DNA from: an uncultured Propionibacteriaceae bacterium | GTDB taxonomy: Bacteria > Actinomycetota > Actinomycetes > Propionibacteriales > Propionibacteriaceae | DNA: 64,000 nucleotides | Reading direction: 5' to 3' | Assembly (NCBI GenBank): GCA_963547335.1 | Contig: CAUUQR010000002.1 | Location: forward strand, 1,182-65,181 | Part shown: one piece after another, positions 38,030-48,003 of the stretch | How the letters are laid out: each line of letters starts with the position of its first letter | Numbering within the stretch: position 1 is the stretch's first letter | Made by a program: the position numbers and the translations under genes | Notes under the pieces: generated by a model | Told to the model about the DNA's origin: nothing | The model's input: only the letters and a program-made list of their open reading frames with translations | Databases searched by the model: none

Positions 38030-41000
38030 GTGGGTGATTCGTTCGTGCACCTGCACTGCCACACAGAATTCTCCATGCTGGATGGCGCCGCCCGGATCCA
38101 CGATCTGTTCGAGGGCGCCGAGCGCATGGGGATGCCTGCGCTGGCGATGACGGATCACGGCAATCTGTTCGGCGCCTACGAGTTCTACAAGGCCTCGAAG
38201 AACTACGATGTGAAGCCCATTATCGGTCTTGAGGCCTACCTCACGCCCCGCACCCACCGCTCCGAACGGAAGCGCGTCCAGTTCGGTGACGGCACTGGCG
38301 AGGACGTGGCGTCCAAGGGTGCCTACACCCACATGACGATGTGGGCATCCGACCAGGCGGCCATGCACAACCTCTTCAAGCTGAGCTCCCGCAGCTCCCT
38401 GGAGGGGTTCTTCTACAAGCCCCGGGCGGACCGGGAGCTGCTGGCTGAATACGGCAAGGGCCTTATCGCCACCACGGGCTGCCCCTCGGGGGAGGTGCAG
38501 ACTTTCCTCAGGCTCGGGCAGTACGACAACGCCGTGGCCGCGGCGGCCGAGTTCCGGGACATCTTCGGCAGGGAGAACTTCTACGTTGAGCTGATGGACC
38601 ACGGCCTGGCCATCGAGAACCGAGTACGTCAGGATCTGCTGAACCTGGCTCGTGACCTGGGTCTACCGCTCGTTGCCACCAACGACCTCCACTATGTGCA
38701 TGCTGAAGACGCCGACGCCCACGACACCCTGCTGTGCGTCTCCGCCGGCTCCCGCAAAGCGCAGACTGATCGCTTCCGTTTTGATGGCTCCGGCTACTAC
38801 CTGAAATCGCCCGATGAGATGCGGGCCCTCTTCAAAGACCTGCCGGAGGCCTGCGACAACACCCTCGCCATCGCCGAGCGGATCGAGACGGCATTCGAGG
38901 AGGGCATGGGAACCTACATGCCCCGTTTCGACTGCCCGGACGGTGAGACAGAGGACTCCTGGTTCCACAAGGAGGTTGATCGGGGGCTCCATGAGCGATA
39001 TCCCGACGGCATTCCCGACGAGGTGCTTGATCGGGCGGAGTTCGAGGCCCAGATCATCTCCACGATGGGCTTCACTGGGTACTTCCTGGTGGTTGCGGAC
39101 TTCATCAACTGGGCCAAGCGCAACGGCATCCGGGTCGGACCCGGTCGTGGCTCCGGCGCAGGCTCGATGTGCGCCTATGCGCTGCGGATCACGGATCTGG
39201 ACCCCATCGCGCACGGCCTGCTGTTCGAGCGGTTCCTCAACCCCGAGCGGGTCTCAATGCCGGACTTCGACATCGACTTCGACGATCGCCGCCGCGGTGA
39301 GGTCATCCAGTACGTCACCCACAAATACGGGTCCGACAAGGTCGCCCAGATCGTCACCTACGGATCCATCAAGGCGAAGGCCGCCGTCAAAGACGCCTCC
39401 CGGGTGCTGGACATGCCCTTCGCGCTGGGGGAGCGGATCACCAAGGCCATGCCCCCGGATGTGATGGGCAAGGGAGTCAAGCTCCCCGACCTGTTCAATC
39501 CGGAGCACAAGCGCTACGCGGAGGGCCAGGAGTTTCGGGAGCTCTACACCGCCGAGTCCGACGTCAAGACGGTGGTGGAGGCCGCCAAGGGCATTGAGGG
39601 GCTGAAGCGGCAGTGGGGGGTTCATGCCGCCGGTGTGATCATGTCGAATGCGCCCCTGCAGGATGTGATCCCCGTCATGAAACGGGAGGCCGACGGGGCC
39701 ATCATCACGCAGTTCGACTATCCCGGATGCGAGTCCCTCGGCCTGATCAAGATGGACTTCCTGGGCCTGCGGAACCTGACCGTCATCGACGACGCGGTGC
39801 GCAACATCAAGATCAACCGTGATGAGGACGTGAACTTGGAGGAGCTTCCCCTCGACGATCCCGCCACATACAAGCTGCTGCAACGCGGTGACACCCTCGG
39901 GGTTTTCCAGCTGGACGGCGGCCCGATGCGGCAGCTGCTGCGTTCCATGCAGCCTGACTGCTTCGAGGACATCTCCGCCGTCGGCGCCCTGTATCGACCG
40001 GGCCCGATGGGCGCCGACTCCCACAACAAATATGCCCGCCGCAAGACCGGTCGAGAGCACGTTGAACCCATTCATCCCGAATTGGCGGAGGCCCTGGAGC
40101 CGATCCTGGGCGAAACCTACGGCCTGATCGTCTACCAGGAGCAGGTCATGGCCATCGCCCAGCAACTCGCCGGCTACACCTTGGGCGCTGCCGACATGCT
40201 TCGCAGGGCCATGGGAAAAAAGAAGAAAGCCGAACTGGACGCCCACTACGAACGCTTCAGCAAGGGCATGACCGAGCGGGGATTCAGCCGAGAGCCCATC
40301 GACACCCTGTGGAACATCCTGCTGCCGTTCTCCGACTACGCCTTCAACAAGGCACATTCCGCGGCCTACGGCGTCGTGTCCTACTGGACCGCCTACCTGA
40401 AGGCCAACTATCCGACCGAGTACATGGCAGCCCTGCTCCAGTCTGTGCGCGACGACAAGGACAAGTCCGCGGGATATCTTGCCGAATGCCGCCGCATGGG
40501 TATCCACGTCCTGCCGCCGGACGTCAACTCCTCAGAGCTCCAGTTCACTCCCGTCGGAAAGGACATCCGCTTCGGGCTGGGCGCCATCCGTAACGTTGGT
40601 GACAAGGTGGTCCACGCCTGGACTGCTGAGCGATCCCAGGTTGGTCAGGTGCGTGACTTCCACGACTTTTTGGACAAAGCACCGCTTCAGATGTGCAACA
40701 AGCGTGTGGTCGAGTCCCTCATCAAGGCGGGCGCATTCGATGAGCTGGGGCATCCGCGCCGGGGCCTGATGACGATCTACGAGGACGCCGTCGACTCGGT
40801 GATTGAGGTCAAGAGGAACCAGGAGCATGGCCAGTTTGACCTGTTCTCCGACTTCCTCACGGAGACGGAGGGCGAACAGTCCGCAGCGCTGGAAAGACAA
40901 CCTATCCCCGAAGTGGAGGAGTGGGACCGGCGCACCAAGCTGGCCTTTGAACGTGAGATGCTCGGGCTCTACGTCTCCGACCATCCACTCAACGGTTTGG

Positions 41001-41569
41001 AGCATGTACTGGTCCAGCACGGCAAGCACTCCGTGTCTGCCATCGCCGCCGAGGGCGGTCCTCGCGGTGAGACCACCGTATGCGGGCTGATCACCTCGGT
41101 CACCCGGAAGGTCAACAAGCAGGGGGCCTTCTATGCCGTTGTCGTGCTGGAGGATCTTGAGGCGAGCATTGAGATCACCGTGTTCCCCCGGGTATATGAC
41201 ACCGTCGCCCAGCACCTGGCACCTGACACGATCGTCGCGGTGAAGGGGCAGGTGGAGGAGGCCGAGGATCGCGTCCGAATGCGGGCGCAGGATGTGCATG
41301 CTCCCCAGGTGAGCGCCGACGGCGGGCTCGGGCCGGTCGTATTGCGTCTGCCCGCTGTGCGCTGCACCCCCGGCGTGGTCGGTGACCTGAAGCAGGTGCT
41401 GTCCGGGCATCCCGGAAGTGCCGAGGTGCATCTGCAGCTCCGCAACGGCGAGAGGCTGACCACCTTCCGGCTGGGGGAGGGATTTCGCGTGGCTCCCAGT
41501 TCCCCCCTGTTCGCAGACCTGAAAGCCCTTCTCGGGCCAAGCGCCGTGACCTTTGGGAGGGGAAGCTGA
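38030..41569 (+). CDS. dnaE: DNA polymerase III alpha subunit
   Basis: GTG 38030 is preceded by GAGAGGAG; ATG 38015 is an alternative. The PHP domain reads FVHLHCHTEFSMLDGA. It is full length with a polymerase core and OB fold. Confidence 0.95.
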   Translation: MGDSFVHLHCHTEFSMLDGAARIHDLFEGAERMGMPALAMTDHGNLFGAYEFYKASKNYDVKPIIGLEAYLTPRTHRSERKRVQFGDGTGEDVASKGAYTHMTMWASDQAAMHNLFKLSSRSSLEGFFYKPRADRELLAEYGKGLIATTGCPSGEVQTFLRLGQYDNAVAAAAEFRDIFGRENFYVELMDHGLAIENRVRQDLLNLARDLGLPLVATNDLHYVHAEDADAHDTLLCVSAGSRKAQTDRFRFDGSGYYLKSPDEMRALFKDLPEACDNTLAIAERIETAFEEGMGTYMPRFDCPDGETEDSWFHKEVDRGLHERYPDGIPDEVLDRAEFEAQIISTMGFTGYFLVVADFINWAKRNGIRVGPGRGSGAGSMCAYALRITDLDPIAHGLLFERFLNPERVSMPDFDIDFDDRRRGEVIQYVTHKYGSDKVAQIVTYGSIKAKAAVKDASRVLDMPFALGERITKAMPPDVMGKGVKLPDLFNPEHKRYAEGQEFRELYTAESDVKTVVEAAKGIEGLKRQWGVHAAGVIMSNAPLQDVIPVMKREADGAIITQFDYPGCESLGLIKMDFLGLRNLTVIDDAVRNIKINRDEDVNLEELPLDDPATYKLLQRGDTLGVFQLDGGPMRQLLRSMQPDCFEDISAVGALYRPGPMGADSHNKYARRKTGREHVEPIHPELAEALEPILGETYGLIVYQEQVMAIAQQLAGYTLGAADMLRRAMGKKKKAELDAHYERFSKGMTERGFSREPIDTLWNILLPFSDYAFNKAHSAAYGVVSYWTAYLKANYPTEYMAALLQSVRDDKDKSAGYLAECRRMGIHVLPPDVNSSELQFTPVGKDIRFGLGAIRNVGDKVVHAWTAERSQVGQVRDFHDFLDKAPLQMCNKRVVESLIKAGAFDELGHPRRGLMTIYEDAVDSVIEVKRNQEHGQFDLFSDFLTETEGEQSAALERQPIPEVEEWDRRTKLAFEREMLGLYVSDHPLNGLEHVLVQHGKHSVSAIAAEGGPRGETTVCGLITSVTRKVNKQGAFYAVVVLEDLEASIEITVFPRVYDTVAQHLAPDTIVAVKGQVEEAEDRVRMRAQDVHAPQVSADGGLGPVVLRLPAVRCTPGVVGDLKQVLSGHPGSAEVHLQLRNGERLTTFRLGEGFRVAPSSPLFADLKALLGPSAVTFGRGS

Positions 41570-41570
41570 G

Positions 41571-42119
41571 GTGGCTGAGAGCAAGACCGGACCCAGGATG
41601 AGATGGCGGTGGCTGCAGTTCCTGGGCATAGTGACCGGACTGGGAGTACCCATGGGCATGGTGTGGGCAAGATTCGCCCACCGCCCCGGATACACCGTGT
41701 CACAGGATCTCGGGGCAGGGTTGACCGAACGTGGCCTGGCTGACATGTTCTCGGCCGATGCCCTGTTTGTGATGCTCGCCGCCGTCAGTGGGGTGATCAT
41801 CGGCCTCGTGGCCTGGTGGCAGTTCTACGACAGCAACTGGGCGGTGTGCGCAGCCCCGGTTCTGGGGGGGCTTGCCGCCTGCCTCATCATGTGGCGGCTG
41901 GGCATGGTCTTCGCCCCATCCACTTTTGATGAGCGCCTGGCGGCAGCCCAGCCGGGAGACGTGATCCCCATCGATCTCACGCTCCGCTCGCTTTCTGCGC
42001 TGTTGGTCGGCCCGTTCTGCGCCATCATGCCCATCATGCTGTTCACTGTGTTCCTCCCGGAGCGGCTGTCCGTCCCGAAGACTCAGCCCGAGGCGCGTCG
42101 GGTCGCGACGGTAGACTGA
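41571..42119 (+). CDS. Integral membrane protein (DUF2567-like)
   Basis: GTG 41571 lies 2 nt after the dnaE stop and is preceded by GGGAGGGGAAG. It has four hydrophobic helices. Confidence 0.55.
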   Translation: MAESKTGPRMRWRWLQFLGIVTGLGVPMGMVWARFAHRPGYTVSQDLGAGLTERGLADMFSADALFVMLAAVSGVIIGLVAWWQFYDSNWAVCAAPVLGGLAACLIMWRLGMVFAPSTFDERLAAAQPGDVIPIDLTLRSLSALLVGPFCAIMPIMLFTVFLPERLSVPKTQPEARRVATVD

Positions 42120-42125
42120 GCGACC

Positions 42126-43427
42126 GTGTTGAGAACCGTCGATCTGACCGGAGTCAGAAATGATTACCGGAGGTGGATTCCACGGGCGGCCATGGACACC
42201 GCCCAAGCCACTGAGGCCGTTCGGAGCATCTGCGACGACATCAGGGATCGTGGAGCACAGGCACTGGCGGAGTACTCGTCACGGTTTGACCATGTGCTGC
42301 CAGACAGCTTCCGAGTGCCGGATGAGGTCCTGGAGACTGCCGCCGCGGAACTCGACCCCCATCTGCGCTCAGCCTTCGGGGAGGCAATCCGCCGCCGCCG
42401 GCAGGTGGCGGAGAGCCTGGAGCTGGGTCATGACCCAGCGGCTGCCGAGCTGGCTCCCGGCGCACATGTGGGGTTGCGGACCATCCCCGTCGAGCGAGTC
42501 GGCCTCTATGTTCCCGGAGGGCTCGCGCCTCTTGCCTCAAGCGTCTTGATGAACGTGATCCCGGCTCAGGTCGCAGGAGTGCGGGAGATCGCGGTCGCCT
42601 CACCTCCGCAGTCCGCCTTCGGTGGCTGGCCACACCCCAACATCCTGGCGCTGTGCCACCTGCTTGGGGTGGAGGAGGTCTACGCAGTGGGCGGCGCTCA
42701 GGCCATTGCGATGTTCGCCTACGGTGTGCAGGACGTGTGCGCGCCGGTCTCGATGGTGACGGGACCTGGCAATATCTTCGTCGTGGCTGCCAAGAGGCTG
42801 CTGCGCGGCATCGTCGGCATCGACTCGGAGGCCGGGCCGACGGAGATCGCGATCATCGCCGATGACACCGCGAGCCCCGCATTTGTGGCGGCGGACCTGA
42901 TCTCCCAGGCGGAGCACGACCCGATGGCGGCGTCCATCCTGATCACGGACTCGCAAGACCTCGCGATGGCGGTGCAGACCGAGGTGGAACGTCAGGTCGC
43001 GACCACCAAGCACCGGGAGCGCATCCGCACGTCCCTCAGCGGACCTCAGTCGGCGGTGCTGATCGTGCGGGATGTCGGCCAGGCTGTGGAGGTCGCAGAT
43101 GCCTATGCCGCAGAGCATCTGGAGATCCAGACCAGGAACGCGGCAGAGGTGGCCTCCCGCGTCCGCAACGCTGGGGCCATCTTCGTCGGCGACCACTCGC
43201 CGGTGAGCCTCGGCGACTACTCGGCCGGCTCCACCCACGTGCTGCCGACGGCCGGATGCGCCTGTCACAGCTCAGGTCTCAGCGTCCGCTCATTCATGAG
43301 AACGGTCCACGTCATTGACTACTCGGCTCAGGCCCTGGCTGAGGTAGCGGACGGCATCGAGCGGTTTGCGTTGGCCGAGGACCTGCCCGGGCATGCGGCT
43401 GCCATCTCCATCCGGAGGAAGGCATGA
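42126..43427 (+). CDS. hisD: Histidinol dehydrogenase
   Basis: Motifs are [23 protein letters not shown] and AGSTHVLPT. hisC and hisB follow. Confidence 0.95.
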   Translation: MLRTVDLTGVRNDYRRWIPRAAMDTAQATEAVRSICDDIRDRGAQALAEYSSRFDHVLPDSFRVPDEVLETAAAELDPHLRSAFGEAIRRRRQVAESLELGHDPAAAELAPGAHVGLRTIPVERVGLYVPGGLAPLASSVLMNVIPAQVAGVREIAVASPPQSAFGGWPHPNILALCHLLGVEEVYAVGGAQAIAMFAYGVQDVCAPVSMVTGPGNIFVVAAKRLLRGIVGIDSEAGPTEIAIIADDTASPAFVAADLISQAEHDPMAASILITDSQDLAMAVQTEVERQVATTKHRERIRTSLSGPQSAVLIVRDVGQAVEVADAYAAEHLEIQTRNAAEVASRVRNAGAIFVGDHSPVSLGDYSAGSTHVLPTAGCACHSSGLSVRSFMRTVHVIDYSAQALAEVADGIERFALAEDLPGHAAAISIRRKA

Positions 43428-44500
43428 GCGCACCTCGCCTGCGTGACGACTTGGCGGGGCAGGAGCCATATGGGGCACCCCAGCTGAATGTGCCCGTGGT
43501 GCTCAACGTGAATGAGAACCCCTACCCCCCGTCGCCGGCCCTCCGGCGGGCGATGGCGGAGGCCATCTACGAGGCTGCGGGCGCCCTGAATCGCTACCCG
43601 GACCGGGAGGCCTGGGAGCTGCGACGGGATCTGAGCCGCTACCTTGGTCATGGACTTGGCCCTGACAATGTCTGGGTGGCGAATGGGTCCAATGAGATCA
43701 TGAGCCAGCTGCTGACCGCATTCGGCGGTCCCGGTCGCAGGATGCTGACCTTCACGCCCACCTATTCGATGTACCCGGAGTATGCGCGGAATTCCTGCAC
43801 CGAGTATGTCACGGTGCCGCGCCGCGAGGATCACTCGGTGGATGCGACACTGGTCCTGGAAGCCGTCGCCAGGCATCAGCCGAGCGTGGTGGCGATCACC
43901 ACACCCAACAACCCGACCGGCACCGGAACCCTCCCCGACGTCATCGACGAGATCTGCGCCGTAAGCGATGCTGTCATCGTGGTCGATGAGGCATATCAGG
44001 AGTTCTCCCGCCAGCCGTCGTCGCTGTCGCTGATCGCCAGGCACTCGAATCTGGTGGTGACACGGACCATGTCGAAGGCTTTCGCCATGGCGGGGGCGCG
44101 GGTCGGCTACCTTGCGGCGTCACAGGAGATCGTGGACGCCTGCAGGATTGTTAGGCTTCCATACCATGTGAGCGTCCAGACGCAGGTGGTGGCGCGCGTC
44201 GCGCTGGCCCATCAGGACGAGTTGCTGGCTCAGGTCGGCGAACTTGCGGAGCAGACCCGTCAGCTCCAGGCCTGGCTGAGCGACAACGGCTATGAGGTGG
44301 TCCCGTCAGAGGCGAATTTCGTGCTCTTCGGCAGGTTTCGGGACCGGCATGCTGTCTGGCAGGCCCTACTGGACAGGGGCATCCTGATACGAGAGACCGG
44401 CCCTGAGGGATTTCTCAGGGTCTCGGCCGGCACGCCAGAGGAGATGACCCGCCTGCGTTCTGCCTTGACGCAAATTAACCCGGAAGGACGGCAATCATGA
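43424..44500 (+). CDS. hisC: Histidinol-phosphate aminotransferase
   Basis: The start forms an ATGA overlap. Motifs are [12 protein letters not shown] and the PLP-Lys region [16 protein letters not shown]. Confidence 0.9.
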   Translation: MSAPRLRDDLAGQEPYGAPQLNVPVVLNVNENPYPPSPALRRAMAEAIYEAAGALNRYPDREAWELRRDLSRYLGHGLGPDNVWVANGSNEIMSQLLTAFGGPGRRMLTFTPTYSMYPEYARNSCTEYVTVPRREDHSVDATLVLEAVARHQPSVVAITTPNNPTGTGTLPDVIDEICAVSDAVIVVDEAYQEFSRQPSSLSLIARHSNLVVTRTMSKAFAMAGARVGYLAASQEIVDACRIVRLPYHVSVQTQVVARVALAHQDELLAQVGELAEQTRQLQAWLSDNGYEVVPSEANFVLFGRFRDRHAVWQALLDRGILIRETGPEGFLRVSAGTPEEMTRLRSALTQINPEGRQS

Positions 44501-45105
44501 GCCGCATCGCCACGAAGTCCCGTCAGACCAGTGAGTCGAAGATCAGGGTGACGGTCAATATCGACGGCGCAGGGGCATCCACCATCTCCACCGGGGTCGG
44601 CTTCTACGATCACATGCTCACCGCCCTGGCCAGGCATTCTCTGATCGACCTGGACATCCAGGCGGAGGGGGATGTTGAGATCGACGGTCATCACGTCGTC
44701 GAGGACACTGCCATCGTCCTCGGCCAGGCCCTGGGGGAGGCCCTCGGGGACAAAAGCGGCATCCGCCGCTATGCCGATGCCACGGTTCCCCTGGATGAGG
44801 CGCTGGCGCATTGCGTCGTGGATGTCGCAGGTCGACCGTATGCGGTGTGCAGCGGAGAACCGGAGGGGCAGGCATACGCGCGCATTGGGGGCACCGGGGT
44901 GGTCTACGCCGGCTCCATGACCTACCACGTCTTCGAGTCCCTGGCGTTCAACGCAGGACTGTGCATTCACAGCCGACTGCTCGCGGGCAGGGATCCGCAC
45001 CATATCGTCGAGGCCCAGTTCAAGGCCCTGGCCAGGGCGCTTCGAGATGCAGTCGCCTTTGACCCCAGGGTCTCGGGAGTGCCCTCCACGAAGGGGGCGC
45101 TCTGA
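44497..45105 (+). CDS. hisB: Imidazoleglycerol-phosphate dehydratase
   Basis: The start forms an ATGA overlap. Motifs are [24 protein letters not shown] and [15 protein letters not shown]. Confidence 0.95.
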   Translation: MSRIATKSRQTSESKIRVTVNIDGAGASTISTGVGFYDHMLTALARHSLIDLDIQAEGDVEIDGHHVVEDTAIVLGQALGEALGDKSGIRRYADATVPLDEALAHCVVDVAGRPYAVCSGEPEGQAYARIGGTGVVYAGSMTYHVFESLAFNAGLCIHSRLLAGRDPHHIVEAQFKALARALRDAVAFDPRVSGVPSTKGAL

Positions 45106-45113
45106 ACCCGAGG

Positions 45114-45731
45114 GTGGGGTTGCTCGACTACGGCTCGGGCAACCTGCACTCCGTTGCCCGTGCGCTGGAGAGCGCCGGCGGTGATGTCCTGCTGTCGGGG
45201 TCCGCGGCGGAGCTGATGCGTTGTGATGCGCTCGTGGTTCCGGGAGTTGGTGCCTTTGCGGCATGCATGACGGGATTGCGCGCCGCCCAGGGAGTGGAGC
45301 TGCTGCGCGAATGGTTGGCCTCTGGGCGTCCGCTTCTCGGCATCTGCGTCGGACATCAGATCTTGTTCGACTCAGGTGACGAGCATGGCCGCATTGCTGA
45401 GGGGCTGGGGGTGTGGCCGGGGGAGGTCAGGCGGCTGGTGGCGTCTCGGCTTCCCCACATGGGTTGGAACACTGTCGATGCCCCCGCAGGTAGCAGGCTG
45501 TTCGACGGCATCCGGGATGAACGGTTCTATTTCGTCCACAGCTACGCAGCCACCCATTTGACGAGCAATCCCGATGTGCCCGGTGAACTCCGGGTCACGA
45601 CCGCACGTCATGGCAGTGCCTTCATTGCCGCCGTGGAATGTGGCAACGTCTATTCGACTCAGTTTCATCCTGAGAAGTCTGGTGCGGCAGGGGCCAGGTT
45701 GCTGCGCAACTGGCTGACGTCAGTCAACTGA
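45114..45731 (+). CDS. hisH: Imidazole glycerol phosphate synthase, glutamine amidotransferase subunit
   Basis: Motifs are LLDYGSGNLHSV, LGICVGHQIL and FHPEKS. Confidence 0.9.
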   Translation: MGLLDYGSGNLHSVARALESAGGDVLLSGSAAELMRCDALVVPGVGAFAACMTGLRAAQGVELLREWLASGRPLLGICVGHQILFDSGDEHGRIAEGLGVWPGEVRRLVASRLPHMGWNTVDAPAGSRLFDGIRDERFYFVHSYAATHLTSNPDVPGELRVTTARHGSAFIAAVECGNVYSTQFHPEKSGAAGARLLRNWLTSVN

Positions 45732-46505
45732 CAGGGCATCTAGCAATTCGGGCAGGCCGACGGCCGCTGTTGTACGCCACGGCAGATGACAGTTCATGCC
45801 GGTTGGTTCGGGGTTGATCTCCGCGACGAAGGAGCCCGCCTGCAGTGCGATTCCCGGCAGGGCTGCTGCTGGGTAGACGATCGACGAGGTGCCCACCACC
45901 AGCGTCAGGTCGGCGCTCTTAGCTGCCGCCACGCTCGCGTCGATGTCGGCTGAGCTGAGGGGTTCACCGAAGAAGACGATGCTCGGTCTCAGATCGCCGC
46001 CGCACATAACGCAGCGGCTCGGGGCAACCCTGAGTTGCGGCTTCTCCGAGGCCTGGGACAGATCTGGGGTTCCTGGACTGCCGCAGTCGATGCAGTGGAA
46101 GCGGTCAAGCCTGCCGTGTAGATGGGCTAGGACCTCGGATCCGGCCCGCTCGTGCAGGTCGTCGATGTTCTGGGTCACGATGTCCAACCGCTCCAGTGAG
46201 GCGTTGGGGCTGCGGCGCCTGGCCCATTGAGCCAGTGCGGCATGCCCTGCATTCGGGGTGGTGGCGGCGACGATCCCGATGCGCCACAGATACCAGGCCC
46301 ACACCAGTTCAGGATCGGCACGCCACCCCTCCTCGGTGGCCATCGCCTCAGGAGAGTACCGTGCCCACAGCCCCGCAGACTCGTCACGGAAGGTCGGCAC
46401 CCCGGACTCAGCCGACATGCCTGCCCCGGTTAGCACCAGCACACGCCGAGCCTGCCTGGCCTGCTCCTCCAGTTCACGCGGCAAGGGATCCCATTGTCTG
46501 CTCAT
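45720..46505 (-). CDS. NAD-dependent protein deacylase (Sir2/CobB family)
   Basis: ATG 46505. Motifs are LTGAGMSAESGVPTFRD, QNIDDLHERAG and HLHG, with the Zn ribbon CIDCG...CVMCGG. Its 3' end overlaps the hisH 3' end by 12 nt. Confidence 0.85.
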   Translation of the reverse strand: MSRQWDPLPRELEEQARQARRVLVLTGAGMSAESGVPTFRDESAGLWARYSPEAMATEEGWRADPELVWAWYLWRIGIVAATTPNAGHAALAQWARRRSPNASLERLDIVTQNIDDLHERAGSEVLAHLHGRLDRFHCIDCGSPGTPDLSQASEKPQLRVAPSRCVMCGGDLRPSIVFFGEPLSSADIDASVAAAKSADLTLVVGTSSIVYPAAALPGIALQAGSFVAEINPEPTGMNCHLPWRTTAAVGLPELLDALSVD

Positions 46506-46534
46506 GGCCCCACTGTGGCACGTCACCGGTCCTG

Positions 46535-47161
46535 ATGAGTGCAAACCCGGATATCCTGACGGCTGTGACGATCCTGCTGACTGGCTTCGAGCCTTTCGCC
46601 GGAGCGGCGAGCAACCCGTCGGAGGAGCTGGTTCGGCGTTTCAGCTCCGAGACGGCAACTGAGGTGCTGCCTGTGGAATTCGAGGCTCTCGGACGACGAG
46701 TGCCGGAGCTTCTGGCCAAGCACCGGCCGCGGCATGTGGTCTGCCTGGGACTTTCGGGGGGAGCGACTGGGCTCACCTTCGAGCGTGTCGGCATCAATCT
46801 GATAGACGCCAGGATCCCGGATAACTCCGGTGCGCAGCCGGTGGATGTGCCCGTCGTGGACTCTGGGCCTGCCGCTCACTTCACGTCGTTGCCTGTCAAG
46901 GCCATGATGAGGGCCGTCCGGAAGGTGGGTGTCCCCGCTGACAGCTCGCTGTCGGCGGGAAGCTATGCCTGCAACGCTCTGCTGTATCTGATGCTGCATC
47001 ACAGCTCACTGGAGCTGGCTGGCAGCCGCTTTCGTGCCGGGTTCATCCACCTGCCGCCTGTCGAGGTCCTGAGCCTTGACGCGCAGGAAAGAGGGCTCAG
47101 AGCTGCGCTGGCAAGAGTTGATGATCAAGAAATGCATTATTCGGAGGGAGCGCTTGATTAG
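46535..47161 (+). CDS. pcp: Pyroglutamyl-peptidase I
   Basis: Motifs are ILLTGFEPF, the catalytic region GSYACNALLY and GFIHLPP. The start is ATG 46535 or GTG 46565. The upstream 113 codons of the tracked ORF are antisense to sir2 and discounted. Confidence 0.85.
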   Translation: MSANPDILTAVTILLTGFEPFAGAASNPSEELVRRFSSETATEVLPVEFEALGRRVPELLAKHRPRHVVCLGLSGGATGLTFERVGINLIDARIPDNSGAQPVDVPVVDSGPAAHFTSLPVKAMMRAVRKVGVPADSSLSAGSYACNALLYLMLHHSSLELAGSRFRAGFIHLPPVEVLSLDAQERGLRAALARVDDQEMHYSEGALD

Positions 47162-47256
47162 ATGTTCGAGGCCTTTTCCTTCACCTCGCGATGCCGAATT
47201 GATCGCGTCCACATCAGTCTGTCACCCAGCCTGGCTTCACGGTAGGGTGTGCCATC

Positions 47257-48003
47257 GTGGAACCTTTGCAACTGTTGCCTGCAGTTGATGTGCAGGATGG
47301 TCAGGCCGTCCAACTCGTCCAAGGAGTCGCGGGAACCCAGAAGGAGTTCGGCGATCCTCTGGCGGCTGCCTTGAGGTGGCAGGAGGAGGGGGCCTCCTGG
47401 ATTCACCTGGTTGATCTTGACGCCGCATTCGGATATGGAACCAATATCCCGTTGCTGGCTGAGATCGTCGCTCAACTTGATATTGATGTGGAGCTTTCCG
47501 GGGGAATACGTGACGACGAGTCCCTCGACCGTGCGCTGGCCACCGGATGCCGTCGAGTGAACATCGGCACCGCGGCATTGGAACGGCCTGAGTGGTGTGA
47601 GCAGATTATCGGCCGTCACGGTGACCGGGTTGCCATCGGCCTTGATGTGCGTGGTGAGCGCCTCGCCGCCCGCGGCTGGACGACGGAGGGCGGGCCCTGG
47701 ACTGAGACCCTGGATCGTCTCGCCGCAGCCGGGTGTTCCCGGTTCGTGGTCACCGACGTCACATCCGACGGCATGCTGACGGGGCCCAACGTGGAGCTTC
47801 TGAGTGCGGTGTGCGCCCGTACCAGCGCTCCTGTCATCGCCTCTGGGGGGATCTCGTCCCTGAAAGACTTGCATGCCCTGCGCGCCTTGGTGCCCGATGG
47901 TGTTGAGGGGGCGATCATTGGAACGGCCCTGTACCTGGGGCGGTTCAGCCTGGCTGAGGCCATCGTCGAGGCGGGTCCGCAGAACGCCGGTGGGAAGGCA
48001 TGA
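47257..48003 (+). CDS. hisA: ProFAR isomerase HisA, probably the bifunctional actinobacterial PriA type
   Basis: GTG 47257. Motifs are [28 protein letters not shown] and ASGGISS. PriA status is inferred only from the absence of trpF in the trp cluster here. Confidence 0.85.
   Translation: MEPLQLLPAVDVQDGQAVQLVQGVAGTQKEFGDPLAAALRWQEEGASWIHLVDLDAAFGYGTNIPLLAEIVAQLDIDVELSGGIRDDESLDRALATGCRRVNIGTAALERPEWCEQIIGRHGDRVAIGLDVRGERLAARGWTTEGGPWTETLDRLAAAGCSRFVVTDVTSDGMLTGPNVELLSAVCARTSAPVIASGGISSLKDLHALRALVPDGVEGAIIGTALYLGRFSLAEAIVEAGPQNAGGKA

Noticed and set aside
39254-40507. 417-aa minus-strand ORF inside dnaE. Similar long antisense ORFs occur at 1086-2243, 5441-6562, 6435-7382, 9834-10892, 21135-22118, 23603-24550, 27998-29422, 40532-41800, 48471-50045, 51823-53169, 56715-57650 and 58592-59530.
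   Set aside because: All lie opposite strongly supported genes. They have low-complexity, Arg/Gly/His/Asp-rich translations without motifs. They are treated as compositional artefacts.
45720-46505. Sir2-domain gene considered as an anti-phage defence component (Thoeris/DSR-like)
   Set aside because: It has the full canonical sirtuin deacylase motif set, including the Zn-ribbon cysteines. Its size is typical for CobB (261 aa). It has no extra effector or sensor domains and no partner genes.
46196-46534. 113-codon upstream extension of the pcp ORF, and similar extensions at 64-351, 30219-30506, 30398-30640, 32278-32343, 34328-34420, 50084-50347 and 55450-55548
   Set aside because: The extensions overlap neighbouring well-supported genes in another frame or strand. 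The recognisable homology begins at internal starts that have RBS-like sequences or 4-nt overlaps.
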